From Camelus dromedarius (Eukaryota), in assembly GCF_036321535.1 (NCBI RefSeq), contig NC_087437.1:109494001-109558000 (forward strand): DNA of 64,000 nt. Direction: 5' to 3'. Positions 1-13,690 of the stretch are shown one piece after another. How positions within the stretch are numbered: position 1 is the first letter of the stretch; each line of letters begins with the position of its first letter. A program made the position numbers and the translations under genes. A model generated the notes under the pieces. The model ran no database searches, had not been told where the DNA came from, and worked only from the letters and a program-made list of their open reading frames with translations.

Positions 1-1699
1 TATATTTTATTTAATGGCTGATTTTAGAATAATCGTGCAGAGAAAAGGTGTAGCAAAGGAGATCTAAGAGAATGCTTTCTATACTTCTGAACTGGATTCC
101 AATTACTTGATTACGTTCCTTGTTTTTCACTTGCATCCCTGGTTCTTGACTTCCCTAACCTCACGAATGGCATACGTGTACTATGCAGCTAGGCTCAATA
201 AATAACCCACACAATATAAGAATAAATCACTGAACAGCTTCTTCCAAGTACACTCATGCTGTCAAACTATCACATTTAAAAGATTTATTGGATTGGTTCA
301 TGGGAGGTGGATACTGAAGCTCTCTAGGGATCCAACGTAATGACTGTTGTGCCTCAAAATAGTGGCAGACACTCAGAGTCTGAATCAGGACCCCTGAACC
401 CAATCTAATTCTGTTCTCATTGTAACTTGCTCTTCGGAGGACTTCTTTCCATTTTGTTTTGTTTTTGTTTTTAATTTTATTTTCTCAAAAATGTTGATCT
501 ACTAGTATCTTATTTATCCTCAAGATCAAATGGAGGTTTTGAAAAATAGGAAATTTCATATAGAGGTGATACTGATGTTTGATGCTTACATAACTATTTG
601 TGCCAATATTTTGAAATTTGTTGAAAGTAAGATTTTTTTTTACATGAAATGCATTACATGTTTTTTCTTATGTGTAAGAGATGTGAACCTGGTGTTTTAA
701 AGGATTTCCTATTTTAGAATCCTGGTTCCTGCTGAAAGCTTTAGACGAGAGCTGGCCAAGACAAAACTCCATTTCTATGGAAGGAGAAAATCCTAAGAGA
801 AGATGGATGGATTTGAATTTAGCAGAAATAGACCTACAAATTAATTCATTTGTTGGGGTTAGGAAGGGTGGCGTACTAAGGAGGGGAACCTGGAACCAGC
901 TCTCCTTCCTTTAGCAACAGAGCTCTGCTTTGTGGCTGATTTAAATTTATATGCTCGCTCTTTCTAGAGTGATGATTCTTCTTTTGACTGATTCAGTCCC
1001 TACAGACTCCTCGTTGTAGGGCAGGAAGTTGGTTCTGTCACGTCCAAGTTTTCACTCTATGATAGTCGGTGCACTGGGAGTAGAGCAGATACAGGCAACT
1101 GTCATTTTCTGACAGGAGACTGACAGTGGGAGTTGGACTCTCTCATTCTGCCGTTTTGAAAGGTGTAGTATCTCAGGAGTAAACTCTCAGCGGTTCAATT
1201 GGTCTTAATTTGATGTTTGCTCTAACGGATATCTCTGTCATTCCATTTTTTTTTCTTTTGCTTAATTTTGTTTTATTTCCTATAAATATGGATTTTTTTT
1301 AAATGTGAAGGATTTAGAGTCTTAATTTGTTTTCACCTCTGAGTGTAATATATTCTTGCAGTTCTCAGATGGTTTAGCCAGTGCTAGCAAATATCTAACA
1401 TCACCTAATACCTAGTAGCCTTAAAACGTGAAGGTCAAAATTAAACCCTCGAGTCTGCATGGAATGGTAAGGACACATCTCAGGCCTCAACTTTTAACTT
1501 GTGATCTGGCACATTCTCTTCTTTAATAAATCTATTAAATTTAAATTTAGATACATTTAAGGAAAAAGATGCCCGAATGAAACTAAAAGAATGGTTGGAC
1601 TTTAGGTACATACTTATCAAAACAAGTTAATTACTAAAAGCCCCTCTAGATTTAAGAGAAATGTAATGAAAAAGAATAAAGTTTGGGGTCCTTATGAGT

Positions 1700-3000
1700 T
1701 CTTAATCACAGATTTCAACTTCAGAGAGTATGTCTTGCTGCTCTACAGAAGTATTATTAACAACAGCATCTCTTGCTACTACCCAGGAGGAGCGTGAATT
1801 ATATTTACATATAGTCTCAACTCCTGTCTTCTGCCACCTGCCCATTTTGGTGAATTACATCGTGTTTACACTGTTGAAGTTCATAACATCTACGCCTGTT
1901 CTATCAAATTACTTTTCCCGGGTTGCTAAATCTCTGTGCTACTTTTAAAAGATTTAATGCTGGTAACTAGTCTTTTTACTACAACTTTTCCATTCCCTAA
2001 GTCTTTGTTTTGATTTACTTAGTCTTTGGCTGGATAGGCTTATCAAGTAACTTTTCTGGAAGGTGCGAAGTTCTTGAATACTCCAGAATACTTGATACTC
2101 AATGGACAAAGAAGTGAATAACAGTCTTTCTCTTACTTTCAAAACTTTCCAGTCTGTCCACTGCCTTCAGACATGGAGTGTTAGTAAGGAAAAATCAAAG
2201 GACACTCATGTTATTCCTTATGTTTACGTAAATATTTTCTTTATCTTTAAATAACTTTATTAAAATATTTTAAAATTGATCGTACAGTTCTAATTTCCTC
2301 AGGAAACTGGGGTGACTGCTTAGAATGATTGTTGCTTTATTTCAGGAATTTTCCCCCTTACATTCTTGGTGTTTTTACCCCCCCCTCTTTGTTTATTGAG
2401 ATCTCTTTTACAGGAGCATGAATTAAGCAAATGTACATGGTATATCTTTTTTGTCCTCTCTGTCAGGCAGCATTTTTGTGATCATGTAAAAATTCCTGGG
2501 TTTTTTTTTTTCCATTTTGTTTTGTGAGATTTCTCAAGCCTGTTCACTACGTTTCTACGGTTCTCATTCTTACTAATCCTGTTTTGGTTACTCTACTGTG
2601 GCTTTTTTCTCTAAAACATTCATGTTACTCTTTCATTCCTTTGTTAGTTATATTAGCTGCCTTCCCTTCTATTTTCTTATCTCTGATTTGCATATTTTTA
2701 TCTCCTCTTTGCATCTTCCCTGACCCTTCCCTCAGCAGATCACCCTTTCTACAGTTTATTCGAGAAAATAAAAAGTTGTCTAACATCTATTCTGGTTTCC
2801 TCTCGAAGAATTTGTTCTCCTTTGCCCTTTGCTGATTTTCATTTTTTCCCTTTCTATGTCTCTGTATTATGTACACCTCTGTTCCATGTTGGATCCTTTC
2901 AGATTATTTTATCTTTTTTCCAAAAGGGTTAGTAGTTTGCTGAAGAATTGTGTGGGGAGGGGCAGCAAGACAGAAAGTGGGTGGGCAGACCGCAGTCTTC
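1700..3000 (-). mobile_element. Ancient, highly decayed L1M/HAL1-like fragment (ORF1-like region)
   Basis: T-rich decayed sequence with motifs resembling the antisense ORF1 region of HAL1/L1M (around 2040-2220). No ORF is recognisable and boundaries are rough. Confidence 0.35.
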
Positions 3001-4782
3001 ATCCAGGGTCTTCACATTAGCTTTTTAGTACACCTGGACTGCTTTCTCCCTTCCCCTTAAAATGTGCTGCTCCTCCTTAAATATCAGCACCTATAAAAGT
3101 CCTTCTTTTTCATCCTATTTACCTAGATTTTTCAGAACTTCTTCACAAGCCAACTTTATCACACCACTCTGGTTGTTTTCTCCAGCTGACTGACAGCTCC
3201 ACGAAGACCAAACAAAACCCAAATCTGTTTTGTTGACCAGTGTAAATACAACATATATAAAAGATACATCATTTATTAAAATAATGAATGAATAATGAAG
3301 CACTTGGTTCATGCATTTTCTTATCATGTTCTACTCTGTATTATACTTTCTCATATAGTTGCCTTACTATTTTTATAAGGTTTTAAGTCCTCTGAAGTAA
3401 AAAGAAAACCTTTATATTGTTCACCTTGGTATCTCCTACCTTACATGGTGCCAAGCATTCATGAGGTTAATAATTGTTTGCTGAATTCAATGGATTTGAA
3501 TTAAACCGTCAGAACAATACTAAGTTGTTGCCAGGATATCACAGATGGTAAATGGCAGTCTCCTTTGCTAATAGCTTCCAAGGTTGATGATGAGATGAAA
3601 TCAGTCAAGCATCCATCAATATGGGAAAAGCTCCTAAATTTGAAATCCTCTTTCTAAAAGTCATTGTACTGTTGCCTCATTTGTTGTATTATAATTCTGT
3701 TTCACGTGCCGATCCTTCCTTAGAGCATCAAGCACAGATCTTAGGTGTCACTGTGGAGAATATGGGGTGATAGAGGGAAGGAGAAAAGGCCACTAAAAGC
3801 AGGCTGTTTGCCTTTGACCATGTTCTTGACCAAAGACAATGCATTTATCTGGTTTCTGCCCCTTTCTCCTTACTCACCCCCTTGACTTCAGATTCTCAGT
3901 CAACCTCTAAAGAGAGAGAATAGCATTAAATTCAAGATGAATACCAATGACAGTCTGTAAAAGCTTGTGCATTTCAAGGGCATGTTGAGAAAGCTACCCC
4001 AGTTCTGCAGGTGTTAATTATGGTTGAAGCTATCCTAAAGATGGAGGGTGTGCTATGCTCCTCTGGTCTCCATGCCTTCTAGTGCTCTCCAGTGACTGGA
4101 AGGGAGAACCAACCTGCAGGTTGTCCAGATTACTGGAGATGCTATTATACACTTGAGTGGAATGAAAGAACTGGGGCCCCACCAGAAACATTTTTCAGAA
4201 TGCAGAAATCTGTGTAAATCCTAAACGAGTGTATGCCCAAGAAATTTAAGCCTGTTCTTTTTGGTTCTCTTCCAATTACCAACCTTCAGAAAGATCACAA
4301 TATTTTTCTCACTTCATTGACTTTAGCCAATAGGAAACCCTCAACTATTTTAAGTATTTAAGTAATCTTCCTTTCATAACAAAAATAGTATTCTACTTGT
4401 CACAAATATGAGTATTTGTGTGTATCTTAAGTAAGGTTTCTTAATTCCAAAGATATAAATATAATTCAACAGATGTAATATTTTTTTCATTAAGAATTCA
4501 AATTAAGCAGCTTGTAGGTTTTTAAATCTCCATTTTTTTTAGAAATGTGGCTATATGTGTTACTCATTTTAAGGTTTTCAAAGTTAAAGCTAATGCTGCT
4601 ACTGGTTTAATATTCTAATCACACACACACCCTGGACTCAGTCTCCAGCATTCTCTTTCCTGACCACTCCTGCTCAAAGCAACAATAATGACCGCAACAA
4701 TGACAACCACAGCACACATAAAAATTAAACCCAGGAATGGATAATGTGGTCACAGGTACCAGGAAATTATTGATGAAAGTCA

Positions 4783-7700
4783 TTTTTTAACATTTTTATT
4801 GATTTATAATCATTTTACAATGTTGTATCAAATTCCAGTGTACAGCACAACTTTTCAGTTATACATGAACATATATATATATATTTATTGTCACATTTTT
4901 TTCCTCTTTGGGCTACCATAAGATCTTGTACATATTTTGCTGTACTATACAGTATAATCTTGTTTATCTATTCTACAGTTTTGAAATCCCAGTCTATCCC
5001 TGTCCACCCTCTGCCCCCTTGGCAACCACAAGTTTGTATTCTATGTCCATGAGTCTTCTTCTGTTTTGTATTTATGCTTTGTTTGTTTGTTTGTTTTAGA
5101 TTCCATATATGAGCAATCTCATATGGTATTTTTCTTTCTCTTTCTGGCTTACTTCACTTAGAATGACATTCTCCAGGAGCATCCATGTTGCTGAAAATGG
5201 CATTATGTTGTCGGTTTTTATGGCTGAGTAGTATTCCATTGTATAAATATACCACTTCTTCTTTATCTAGTCATCCACTGATGGACATTTAGGCTGTCTC
5301 CATGTCTTGGCTATTGTAAATAGTGCTGCTATGAACATTGGGGTGCAGGTGTCATCCTGAAGTAGGGTTCCTTCTGGATATATGCCCAGGAGCGGGATTC
5401 CTGGGTCATATGGTAAGTCTATTCCTAGTCTTTTGGGGAATCTCCATACTGTTTTCCATAGTGGCTGCACCAAACTGCATTCCCACCAGCAGTGTAGGAG
5501 GGTTCCTCTTTCTCCACAGCCTCTCCAGCATTTGTCATTTGTGGATTTTTGAATGATAGCCATTCTGACTGGTGTGAGGTGATACCTCATTGTAGTTTTG
5601 CTTTGCATTTCTCTGATAATTAGTGATATTGAGCATTTTTTCACGTGCCTATTGATAATTTGTATGTATTCTTTGGAGAATTGCTTGTTTAGGTCTTTTG
5701 CCCATTTTTGGATTGGGTTGTTTGGTTGTTTCTTATTAAGTCATATGAGCTGCTTATATATTCTGGAGATCAAGTCTTTGTCGGTTTCATTTGCAAAAAT
5801 TTTCTCCCATTCCGTAGATTACCTTTTTGTATTACTTATTGTTTCCTTTGCTGTGCAGAAGCTTGTAAGTTTCATTAGGTCCTATTTTCTTATTCTTGCT
5901 TTTATTTCTATTGCTTGAGTAGACTGTTCTAGGAGAACATTGTTGAGATGTATGTCAGGTAATGTTTTGCCTATATTTTCTCCTAGGAGGTTTATTGTAT
6001 CTTGTCTTATGTTAAAGTCTTTGATCCATTTTGAGTTGATTTTTTTGCATGGTGTAAGGGAGTGTTCTAGCTTCATTGCTTTACATGCTGCTGTCCAGTT
6101 TTCCCAACACAATTTGCTGAAGAGACTGTCTTTATTCCATTGTATATTCTTGCCTCCTTTGTTGAAGATTAGTTAACCAGAAGTTTGTGGGTTCATTTCT
6201 GGGCTCTCTAATTGTTCCACTGGTCTATATGTCTGTTTTTGTACGAATACCATGCTGTCTTGATGAATGTAGCTCTGTAGCGTTGTCTGAAGTCTGGGAG
6301 AGTTATTCCTCCAACCTCTTTCTTTCTCTTCAGTAATGCTTTGGCAATTCTAGGTCTTTGATGGTTCCATATAAATTTTATTATGATTTGTTCTAGTTCT
6401 GTGAAATATGTCCTGGCTAATTTGATAGGGATTGCATTAAATCTGTAGATTGCCTTGGGCAGTGTGACCATTTTAATAATATTGATTCTTCCAATTCAAG
6501 AGCATGGGATATCTTTCCATTTTTTAAAGTGTTCTTTAATTTCCTTCATCAATGGTTTATAGTTTTCTGTGTATAATTCTTTCACCTCCTTGGTTAGATT
6601 TATTCCCAGATATTTTATTATTTTGGGTGCTATTTTAAAGGGGATTGTTTCTTTACTTTCTTTTTCTGTTGATTCATTGTTAGTGTGAAGAAATGCCACT
6701 GATTTTTGAATGTTAATCTTATAACCTGCTACCTTGCTGAATTCTTCATTCATCTCTAGTAGTTTTTGTGTGGACCTTTTAGGGTTTTCTATATATATAG
6801 TAACATGTCATTGGCATATAGTGACACTTTTACCTCTTCTTTTCCAATTTGGATCCCTTTTGTGTCTCTCTCTTGACCGATTGCTGTGGCTAGGACTTCC
6901 AAGACTATGTTGAATAGGAGTGGTGATAGTGGGCATCCTTGTCTTGTACCAGGTTTCAGTGGGAAGCTTTTGAGTTTTTCACCATTGAGTACTATGCTGG
7001 CTGTAGGTTTGTCATATATAGCTTTTATTATGTTGAGATATGTTCCCTCTATACCCACTTTGGTGAGAGTTTTCATCATAAATGGGTGTTGAATTTTATC
7101 AAATGCTTTTTCTGCATCTATTGAGATGATCATGTGGTTTTTGTCCTTTCTCTTATTGATGTGATGTATTACATTGATTGATTTGCGTATGTTGAACCAG
7201 CCTTGTGTCCCTGGGATGAACCCCACTTGGTCATGATGTATAATCTTTTTTATGTGTTGTTGGATTCTATTTGCTAAAATTTTGGTGAGGATTTTGGCGT
7301 CTATGTTCATCAGTGATATTGGCCTATAATTCTCTTTTTTGGTAGTGTCTTTGCCTGGTTTTGATATCAGGGTGATGTTGGCTTCATAGAATGAGTTTGA
7401 GAGTATTCCCTCATTTTCAATCTTCTGGAAGAGTTTGAGAAGGACTGGTATGAGTTCTTCTTTGTATGTTTGGTAGAATTCCCCAGTGAAGCCGTCCGGT
7501 TCTGGACTTTTATTTGTAGGGAGGATTTTTATTGCTATTTTGATTTCATTTCTAGTGATCGGTTTGTTCAAGTGGTCAGTTTCTTCTTGATTCAGTCTTG
7601 GTGGACAGTATGTTTCTAGAAACTTGTCCATCTCCTCTAGGTTATCCAGTTTGGTTCCATATAGTTTTTCAAAGTATTCTCATATGATATTCTGTATTTC

Positions 7701-7887
7701 TATTTTATTTGTTGTAATTTCTCCATTTTCCTTTCTTATTTTGCTAATTTGTGCCCTCTCTTTTTTCTTCTTTGTGAGTTTGGCCAGAGGTTTGTTGTTT
7801 TTATTTACTTTTTCAAAAAACGGCTTTTGGTTTGATTGATTTTTCTATGTTTTTTTTTAATCTCTATTTAATTTATTTCCTCCCTAA
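4783..7887 (-). mobile_element. Young 5'-truncated LINE-1 (~3.1 kb; copy A)
   Basis: Minus-strand ORFs translate to L1 ORF2 ([54 protein letters not shown]). The 3' UTR and T-rich tail lie at the left end. Target site duplication TGATGAAAGT at 4771-4780 and 7888-7897. Confidence 0.97.
5096..7887 (-). pseudogene. Disrupted L1 ORF2 (reverse transcriptase and C-terminal CCHC domain)
   Basis: ORF fragments 6789-7631, 6496-6753, 6208-6471, 5882-6112 and 5267-5644 are collinear with L1 ORF2 but broken by stops and frameshifts. The RT catalytic motif reads YAND instead of YADD. Confidence 0.95.
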
Positions 7888-8544
7888 TGATGAAAGTGCT
7901 TTTTTGAGTCCTTACTTTGTGCTTACAACATCTTGTGTTTTTGTTCTTCATCCAGACTCTGACAGTTTTTTGATCTTAACCATGTACCAGCACATAAATT
8001 CTCTTCATTAAAAACTGGAACCACTATTCTCATTCTGTGTAAACTAATCAGTCATATCCTCAGCTCATTCCAAGCTGGAAATCACCAGTACAAAAGGAGA
8101 AATGATACGCATTATGAGGCAACTAACAAGTAACAATGCTACTTGTTAAAAAGTAACATAAAAGCCAGAGAGTATCCCCAAACAAAATTTATTCTTTTAA
8201 TAGAGCATACCTGAAAGCACACTTCGACTTATGATACCAACACATGCTCATTTAGAAGAATGTCAATAATACAATTGTACTTTTTATAACTTTCAGTTTG
8301 TACAATGCTTTAGCTTATTTTAGGATCAATAAAAAGATGAGTCTATCATAATAACTCAACTACAGATAATTTTCTGAGACAGGAGAGTAGCATTCCTTGT
8401 GCCAAGCAGCTCGGTTACAAACATAAGAGACCAAAGGTAAACAGATTAATAAATGTGAACAGCATCCTACTTGAATAATTGGTGTTGTCTAAGACCCCAC
8501 CTTCAGCCGGTCCTTTGCCTTCACTCCCTCGTTTCACCAGATAA

Positions 8545-8720
8545 TGCAGTCAGACTGACCTGAGCTCCAGTCCTGGTTCTGCCTCTTACCAGCTGTGTGA
8601 TCATGCATTTGTGACCAAGCACATTAATCAGTGTCTCTGGGACACATTTCCTCTCCTGAAAAACATGGATCTGATAACTAACTTACTGAGCTATGAGCTT
8701 AACTAAGGAAATCAGATAAA
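8545..8720 (+). mobile_element. MIR SINE fragment
   Basis: cagactgacctgagctccagtcctggttctgcctcttaccagctgtgtga resembles the MIR B-box and core. Confidence 0.6.
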
Positions 8721-8789
8721 CAGCACCCATTCGGCATCAGGCTTACTAACCCATTCTGTGGCTCCAGCAAATTTAGTAACTAGAACATT

Positions 8790-9760
8790 TCCCAAAACAG
8801 CATCTTTAGCACTGACTGACCTCTCTCTTGATCTGCAGTTTCTCCTTGCAACATCAGTCCTGATATCTTCACTTGGATAAAATGCTGTGTCTTCAAATTC
8901 AGCATGTTAAAAATCAAACATATTTTCTTTCTCCTGAAGTCTGCACTGATCCCTAATATCCTGGTTTCTCTTAAAGGCAGCACCATCCCCCTCACTTACG
9001 TAGGTATCAGAGCCATGTTTGACCCTTCTTCTTAATTCCCTCCCTGTGTGGAAGAGTCGTCAAGTCCTACTGCATCTCCTTCTGCAAAGTTTCTTAGATC
9101 TACTCCCGTCCCTCCATCCCCATTGTCAGTGTCCCCATTCAGAATGACTACTGCTTTTCTGAGCTCTTTTGATGGACCACCAACAGCTCTTGCTGACTTC
9201 AGCCTCTGCTCACATCATCTCATTTGTACATTTCCTTTTGAAGGATTTTCCTTAACATGTCTTACCATGTCAGCGTTTTTCTTGCTTCTATGTTGATCTG
9301 CATGCCAACACCTTGATTTTCAAAGACTTCAGGAATCCGACCCTACTAAATTTAAATAGCCAATTCTCCCCCACAGACTGCTTTTAAAATTTTGGTTGCA
9401 CTCACAACAAATGCAAATAGTCAGTTTCTGAACCATTCCCATACCTTCCACATCTCCATCCATTGAGACTTTGATCAATCTGTTCCTCTGACCAGGAAGG
9501 CCCTCTACCACTGGAAACTCTACTCATTCCCCAAAGCTTAGATTAAAAACCATCTGCTCTATGCAGACTTCCCTCATCCTGCCTCCCCTTGCTAGACCTC
9601 TTTTGCCCTTTATCATTTCCGCTTTCGTTCATACATACATGCATACATCTTATTTCTCTTACTAGATTCTTGAATCCTTGAGAGCACAGCTTATACCTTC
9701 TTCACAGTAGGCACAGAGAAGGTATTATATAAACATGGTCTGCAAGTTGAAGTGAATGAA
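8790..9760 (+). mobile_element. L2 LINE 3' fragment
   Basis: L2-type motif cacttggata...tcttcaaattcagcatgt and a 3' end finishing in gttgaagtgaatgaa. Confidence 0.65.
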
Positions 9761-10411
9761 GGAACAACCACATAAATATGCAAGTCACTTAGGAAACTTT
9801 GCATTTATCAAAATGTTTCTTGGCTGATGAATGCTGTACACAAAGTAAAGTATTATGTCACTTTATTTTGATATAGAAGAATATTTTCTTCTGTCATCTT
9901 GAGAATTATTTTTTTTAGATCTTAGCACTTGTGTCAAATTACTGTATTTCAACTGTAGATTTGAGATCACAGTAGAAATATATTTTTATTTTAGTGTTTC
10001 TTAATGTATATAACCTCTCTGCTAAATGTACCATATTTATTAATAAACTGTATTGACTGTCTAGATAAAAACCTTTCGGTAACACAATTCATGCTGATCA
10101 TACATCCTAAAGCCTCAAGATTTGCATAAAATCAACATATCTTCCCCCCTTAAAGTACTCTTCTGTGCCATTCTAAAAGTAGCAAAAGGATTTTTTTTTT
10201 TTAATATAAAAGGAATTCTATCCTCATTGAACAGTTTAAGTAAACCATTTTTTCTCATCCCTCCACTGGCAAAATATTTTACATTATCTCTAAAAACCCT
10301 AACAATTCAAAGGAAATGACTGTGAAATGTGTGCCCTAATGAATATTTCTTTCAAGTAAGTAAAACCTCAATACTTAAAATAAAACAAGACTTAACATTT
10401 ATACAGCGATA

Positions 10412-10609
10412 CAGAGTTTCTCAACCTCAGCACAATTGACATTTTAATCTAAATAATGTTTTGTTGTGGGGCTGTCCTGTGCATTGTAAAATGTTGAACA
10501 GCATATACTCACTAGATTCTAGTAGGACTCCCTCCTGCAACATCGCAAATGTCTCTAGACATCACCAAACATCCCTTGGGAGAAGATTGCCCCCATCTGA
10601 GTACCACTG
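10412..10609 (-). mobile_element. MER20 (hAT-Charlie non-autonomous DNA transposon)
   Basis: Termini cagagtttctcaac...tgagtaccactg and internal ttgttgtggggctgtcctgtgcattgt. Degenerate 8 bp TSD cagcgata/cagtggta (6/8). Confidence 0.85.
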
Positions 10610-10699
10610 CAGTGGTACTTGCTGTGTTTTTATTAACTAATCTGTCCAATCCAAGTTTTTGAAGTAAAAACGAATGACTCCACTATCCTTTACTACCAG

Positions 10700-11017
10700 T
10701 TAAAAATTATCACTTGCCATCTGCCACTACAAAGATTAAGTCACTGGCCACTGCAATCACTGACCTTCAGCAAAACCTGAAAGGAGGTCTGGGAGGAGAT
10801 CAGGGATGAGGCACTCTGTGTTCTGGGAACACTGGCAGAAGAGGCCTTTAGATAGTTAGATGTCTTCAGGAGCAGATTCTATGAGCCCAGCTTCTTGTGT
10901 CTCCTCATATCTAGAAAAGCACTAACATCATTAACGGTGACATCTGCTCCTCATGACTAGCAGCAACCTTCTGCCAAAATGTGTGTTTGACTGCACAGAT
11001 CTCCCTTCACCAAAACT
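10700..11017 (+). mobile_element. Partial ERV-type LTR, truncated on the right
   Basis: LTR-like sequence (acatctgctcctcatgactagcagcaaccttctg...tgactgcacagatctcccttcacc) resembling artiodactyl ERV1 LTRs. It ends abruptly against L2-like sequence. Confidence 0.45.
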
Positions 11018-11619
11018 TGGGGTTCTTGGAGTGGTCAGAGGGAGGAGGAGAGAGGTGGGAAGTTGCTCCAGAGAATAGAGGCATGCAGGGAGATCACAAA
11101 GGACCTTATAGGTCACTGTCAAGGATGGAAAATGAATGGCAGGGAAGGTCATATATAAAAGAGTGAAAAAAATGTTTTCTATTTCTTTTCAATTGCATTC
11201 AGAATCTTGTTCATGATGGTTCAAGAATCCCAGGAAAGATGTCAGTCTAGTTAGCTTTCCCCAGCCATGTTCACACTTCTGGTCATTCCTTTCCCTCTCC
11301 ATTGATCAGAATTAAATAGTCTAGGGGGTCAATCCTTTACAATCTTGCTAAGAAATTTGCTTATTTAACTGATGTAAAAATGCATATGAAGGTGTTAATG
11401 GTTTAATAATGCTTCACCCAGTGATATTTGCATCTTAGAGGAAAGCCTCCTGGAGAATGACTTTTTAAATTGATTTTTGAATTTAAAAAGTAAATTATTA
11501 GCTTGAGAACTGAAGTCATTTTAACAGGCCAGGGCATGAACTATTTCAGGTACCTGGGTCTTTTCAAGACTTGAACTTGGGTTCTGGATCTAAACAAATA
11601 TTAAAACTAAAATCCTATG

Positions 11620-12870
11620 ATGACTCACTGTCTTTAGGGCTGGAGAAGCATTGGTGAGAAAGATGAGTCTTGACTTTCACCAAACTATTTTCTTATAGAA
11701 TTAAAGAGACACAAAATAAAGTAGTAAAATAAAAGAGAATAATGTTAGTTATTGGTAGGCACTATTGAGACATTTGAAATACGGGGATACACTAGACAGT
11801 CTGCCTGCAACTTTACATGGGCAACTAAGAAAAGCTTTTACCAAGAAGTGATATTTAAGCTGAGATCTGAATGAAGAGAAGGAATAGGAGAAAGAGCTTT
11901 CCAGCAGAGGAAATAACTAGACCAAAGGTAACAATAAACTTGACACGAGGAAAAGAAAAACAAAAAAAGCCAGTGCCTCAGGCCAAGTAAATTATATAGT
12001 CAGTGGGGAAATGTAGTCAGAAAAGTAGGCAGAGGCCAGGAGGGCTTGGCAATCTATGATAAGGTATTTGGGGTTTTTTTCACTCTGTAATGGGTACTCA
12101 AAGGAGGGTTTTAAGAAGGGAAGTTAGATGTTCTAATTTGTGTTCTTGAAATATCATAGTTAGGGATTAAGAATATGTCACCTGGGGGAACAGGCATAAG
12201 AAAGAGACTTAGACCAGTAAGAGACGAAGGTGGTAGTGAAAGTAATATGAAGTGGACTGACTGGGGATAATTTTTGGAGACCGAGTCAGTAGGATTTTCC
12301 AATGGATGAGATGTGAGTTTTGAAGACTAGAACAGAATCAAGAGTAGCTCCTAAAATTTTGGTTTAAACAGCCAGACGGTTTAGGATACATTTAGTGAAG
12401 TGGGAGAACACATCTGGGGAGAAAAGCAAGAGTTCAGTCTTGGAAATGTTAAGTTCTGATTTGTGTGTGGACATTGAATAGAGACGTCAAGTTGGCCATC
12501 AAGTACACAAGTCTGGATTTCTTGGAAGAGGTCGAGACTGAGTTACAGATTAAAAGTCAGCAGCAGTGGCTGGTATTTAATATCATGGGACTGGGAAAGT
12601 CACTCAGAGAGGCTGCAAAGATGGAGACAAGTCCTCATGCCATGTCTGATCTACATCCAGAGATTACACAGAGGAAGGTGAGCCAGCAAGAGACTGAGAA
12701 AGGCAGGTAGCGATTTAAGAGGAAAATGATTAGCGTATAGTGTCAGAAAAATTAAAGAGAACAGAGCAGCCAATTATGTTGAAAGTTATGAGGAGTCAAG
12801 GGAAATAATAGAAAAGTGGCATTTGATTTGACTACATGACAGTTACATAGCCTCTCAAAGGTATGCAATG
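11620..12870 (-). mobile_element. L2 LINE fragment
   Basis: Purine-rich antisense L2 motifs (gtgatatttaagctgagatctgaatgaagagaagga; gagttcagtcttggaaatgttaagtt). Confidence 0.75.
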
Positions 12871-12957
12871 CCCCTTGTGTGCTGTAGATGTACAACGAAT
12901 GCTTGTGAATAAGGGAATTAAGGGCTGACCATAGCGATATACTTTTGCTAGGCTGTA

Positions 12958-13690
12958 AGTCATTCATTCTATTACTCTATACTCAAATATTTACATATCT
13001 CATCGTAAGTGCCAGACACTGTTTAAGCACAGTTGTAGAAATACAGACATGATGCTTGCTGCCTGGGAGCTTACATTCTAGTGAAGAAAGTTAGACAAGT
13101 CAAGTGACTCATAATTTATTTTCATATAATGATACATGCTATGATGAAAATAGAGTGAAGGAAGGCAGAGTTCCTGAAGAGAGGGGAGTAGCTTACAGAA
13201 ACCTCAGGAAAACAGAGGTCCTAAGGATGAGGCAGATGAACCTATGGAACACTGAAAGGAGTATTTTAGGCAAAATGAAGACAAAGTTTAAGGACTTAGG
13301 TTGGAGTGAATTTGTTGTGTTTGAGGAACTGCCGGGTGCTCATTGTTGATGGATAAAGAAATACCTGGGAGAGTATCATGAGACAAGGTGAGAGAGCTCA
13401 GTGAGGGACAGATGGTGCAGAATCATGGAAAGGATTTTGATTTCATCATTCAAAGTGTAACTAGAAGTCATCAAGGGACTTTAAGCCTAGGGGGTATATG
13501 TACATGACCTTGTTTCAGTTTCAGAATACTGCACTAGTGCTGATGTAGATAATGGATTATAAAGGGTGAGCAGCAATGTGGAAGCAGAGAGATCAATTAA
13601 AATGCTATTGCAGTGGTCCAAGCAAAAAAAAAGATGGTGGCTTGGAGTAAGGTGACAAATGAGCAAAGTGGTAAATGACAGAGTGGGGAC
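12958..13690 (-). mobile_element. L2 LINE 3' fragment
   Basis: Starts with the antisense L2 tail (cattcattc...caaatattta...gtgccagacactgt), then gagcttacattctagtg and tgctattgcagtggtccaagca. Confidence 0.75.

Noticed and set aside
6789..7631. 280 aa reverse transcriptase ORF as a functional or domesticated gene
   Set aside because: It is part of a 5'-truncated L1 lacking the promoter and endonuclease, with a mutated catalytic Asp and neighbouring stops and frameshifts.
8124..8148. Short hairpins (9 bp stem here; 8 bp stems at 4401-4420 and 54591-54607)
   Set aside because: Stems of this length are expected by chance in 64 kb of AT-rich DNA.
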